NCBI RefSeq assembly: GCF_000150275.1
Contig: NW_002060976.1
Coordinates: 315,626-379,625, forward strand
Direction: 5' to 3'
DNA length: 64,000 bases
Source: Trichoplax adhaerens
Lineage: Eukaryota > Animalia > Placozoa
Shown: positions 63,505 to 64,000 of the stretch, one piece after another
Layout: each line of letters begins with the position of its first letter
Numbering within the stretch: position 1 is the first letter of the stretch
Notes under the pieces: model-generated
What the model was told of the DNA's origin: nothing
The model's database searches: none
The model's input: only the letters and a program-made list of their open reading frames with translations
Position numbers and translations under genes: made by a program

Positions 63505-64000
63505 CTAAATTTTGTTTTCTGATAAAGATAAATTGATCATATCGGGCTGATCGCTTTTCCGTTTGATATATGAACAGGTAAAAATAGATCGCAACGATTG
63601 CTTACACTCTGGAAAAAAGTGAGCATAGATAACGGGATTTGCGATGCATTTACTAACAGTAATAAGCTGACAAATCAAGTAGGTAATCTGGTAACGGCGA
63701 TAATAGCCTAAGCGATATCGAAGGTATCCAAAATTATAGACAAAATAGAAAATGTATTCCGGAGTCCAAAAGAGTAGCAATGTAATCATTAGAATTAATG
63801 TCATTTTTGCCCATTTTTTGTGTATCGTTATATCACCATAGGTAACTGTTATTGCAGAATTTGTAGCTGTATCGTCAATCTTGATATTTCTTTTAATTTG
63901 ATAATAAAGTATTACTACGATGATCAAAGGGATAACATAAAGTGTTACGTAGAGAGAGATACAATAAATATGGTATGGATCTTGAAAATTACTATAATGG
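63505..64000 (-). CDS. Class A GPCR, right-cluster member 3, partial (TM5-TM7 and tail; 5' part lies outside the window)
   Basis: Frame is open to the window edge (HYSNFQDPYHIYCISLYVTLYVIPLIIVV...); TM6 FWTPEYIFY, TM7 LICQL..SKCIANPVIY, FPEC as in member 2. Confidence 0.9.
   Translation of the reverse strand, partial: HYSNFQDPYHIYCISLYVTLYVIPLIIVVILYYQIKRNIKIDDTATNSAITVTYGDITIHKKWAKMTLILMITLLLFWTPEYIFYFVYNFGYLRYRLGYYRRYQITYLICQLITVSKCIANPVIYAHFFPECKQSLRSIFTCSYIKRKSDQPDMINLSLSENKI

Noticed and set aside
1-64000. tRNA, rRNA or prokaryotic operon/defence systems
   Set aside because: None recognised; all identified genes are animal nuclear genes. A covariance-model scan was not possible, so small ncRNAs cannot be excluded.

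Overview
AT-rich eukaryotic (animal) genomic DNA, not prokaryotic. Short ~70-120 nt introns, tandem intronless rhodopsin-class GPCRs and ACAGT/TACAG simple repeats suggest a placozoan such as Trichoplax (inference, not verified). Layout: (1) 1-31 kb, a minus-strand array of four intact orphan class A GPCRs plus a fifth, pseudogenised copy absent from the ORF track, set in a mosaic of old duplicated non-coding blocks. This region also holds a decayed Helitron Rep/helicase fragment bounded by a 9-bp direct repeat, a strand-skewed element end and a 350-N gap. (2) 34-57 kb, a housekeeping block: FBF1 (+), TEPSIN (-), intronless TIMMDC1 (+) and ATP5PD (+). Each putative promoter carries a dense island of TACAG/CTGTA/TGTACA repeats with YY1-like sites nearby; the FBF1 island also has NF-Y- and Sp-like sites, and ATP5PD has a GC-rich palindromic 4-copy array. 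(3) 57-64 kb, a second, different array of peptide-receptor-like GPCRs, the last one cut by the window edge. The most system-like signal is the promoter architecture that marks the housekeeping genes but not the GPCRs. Exon structures were read by eye and need RNA-seq confirmation.
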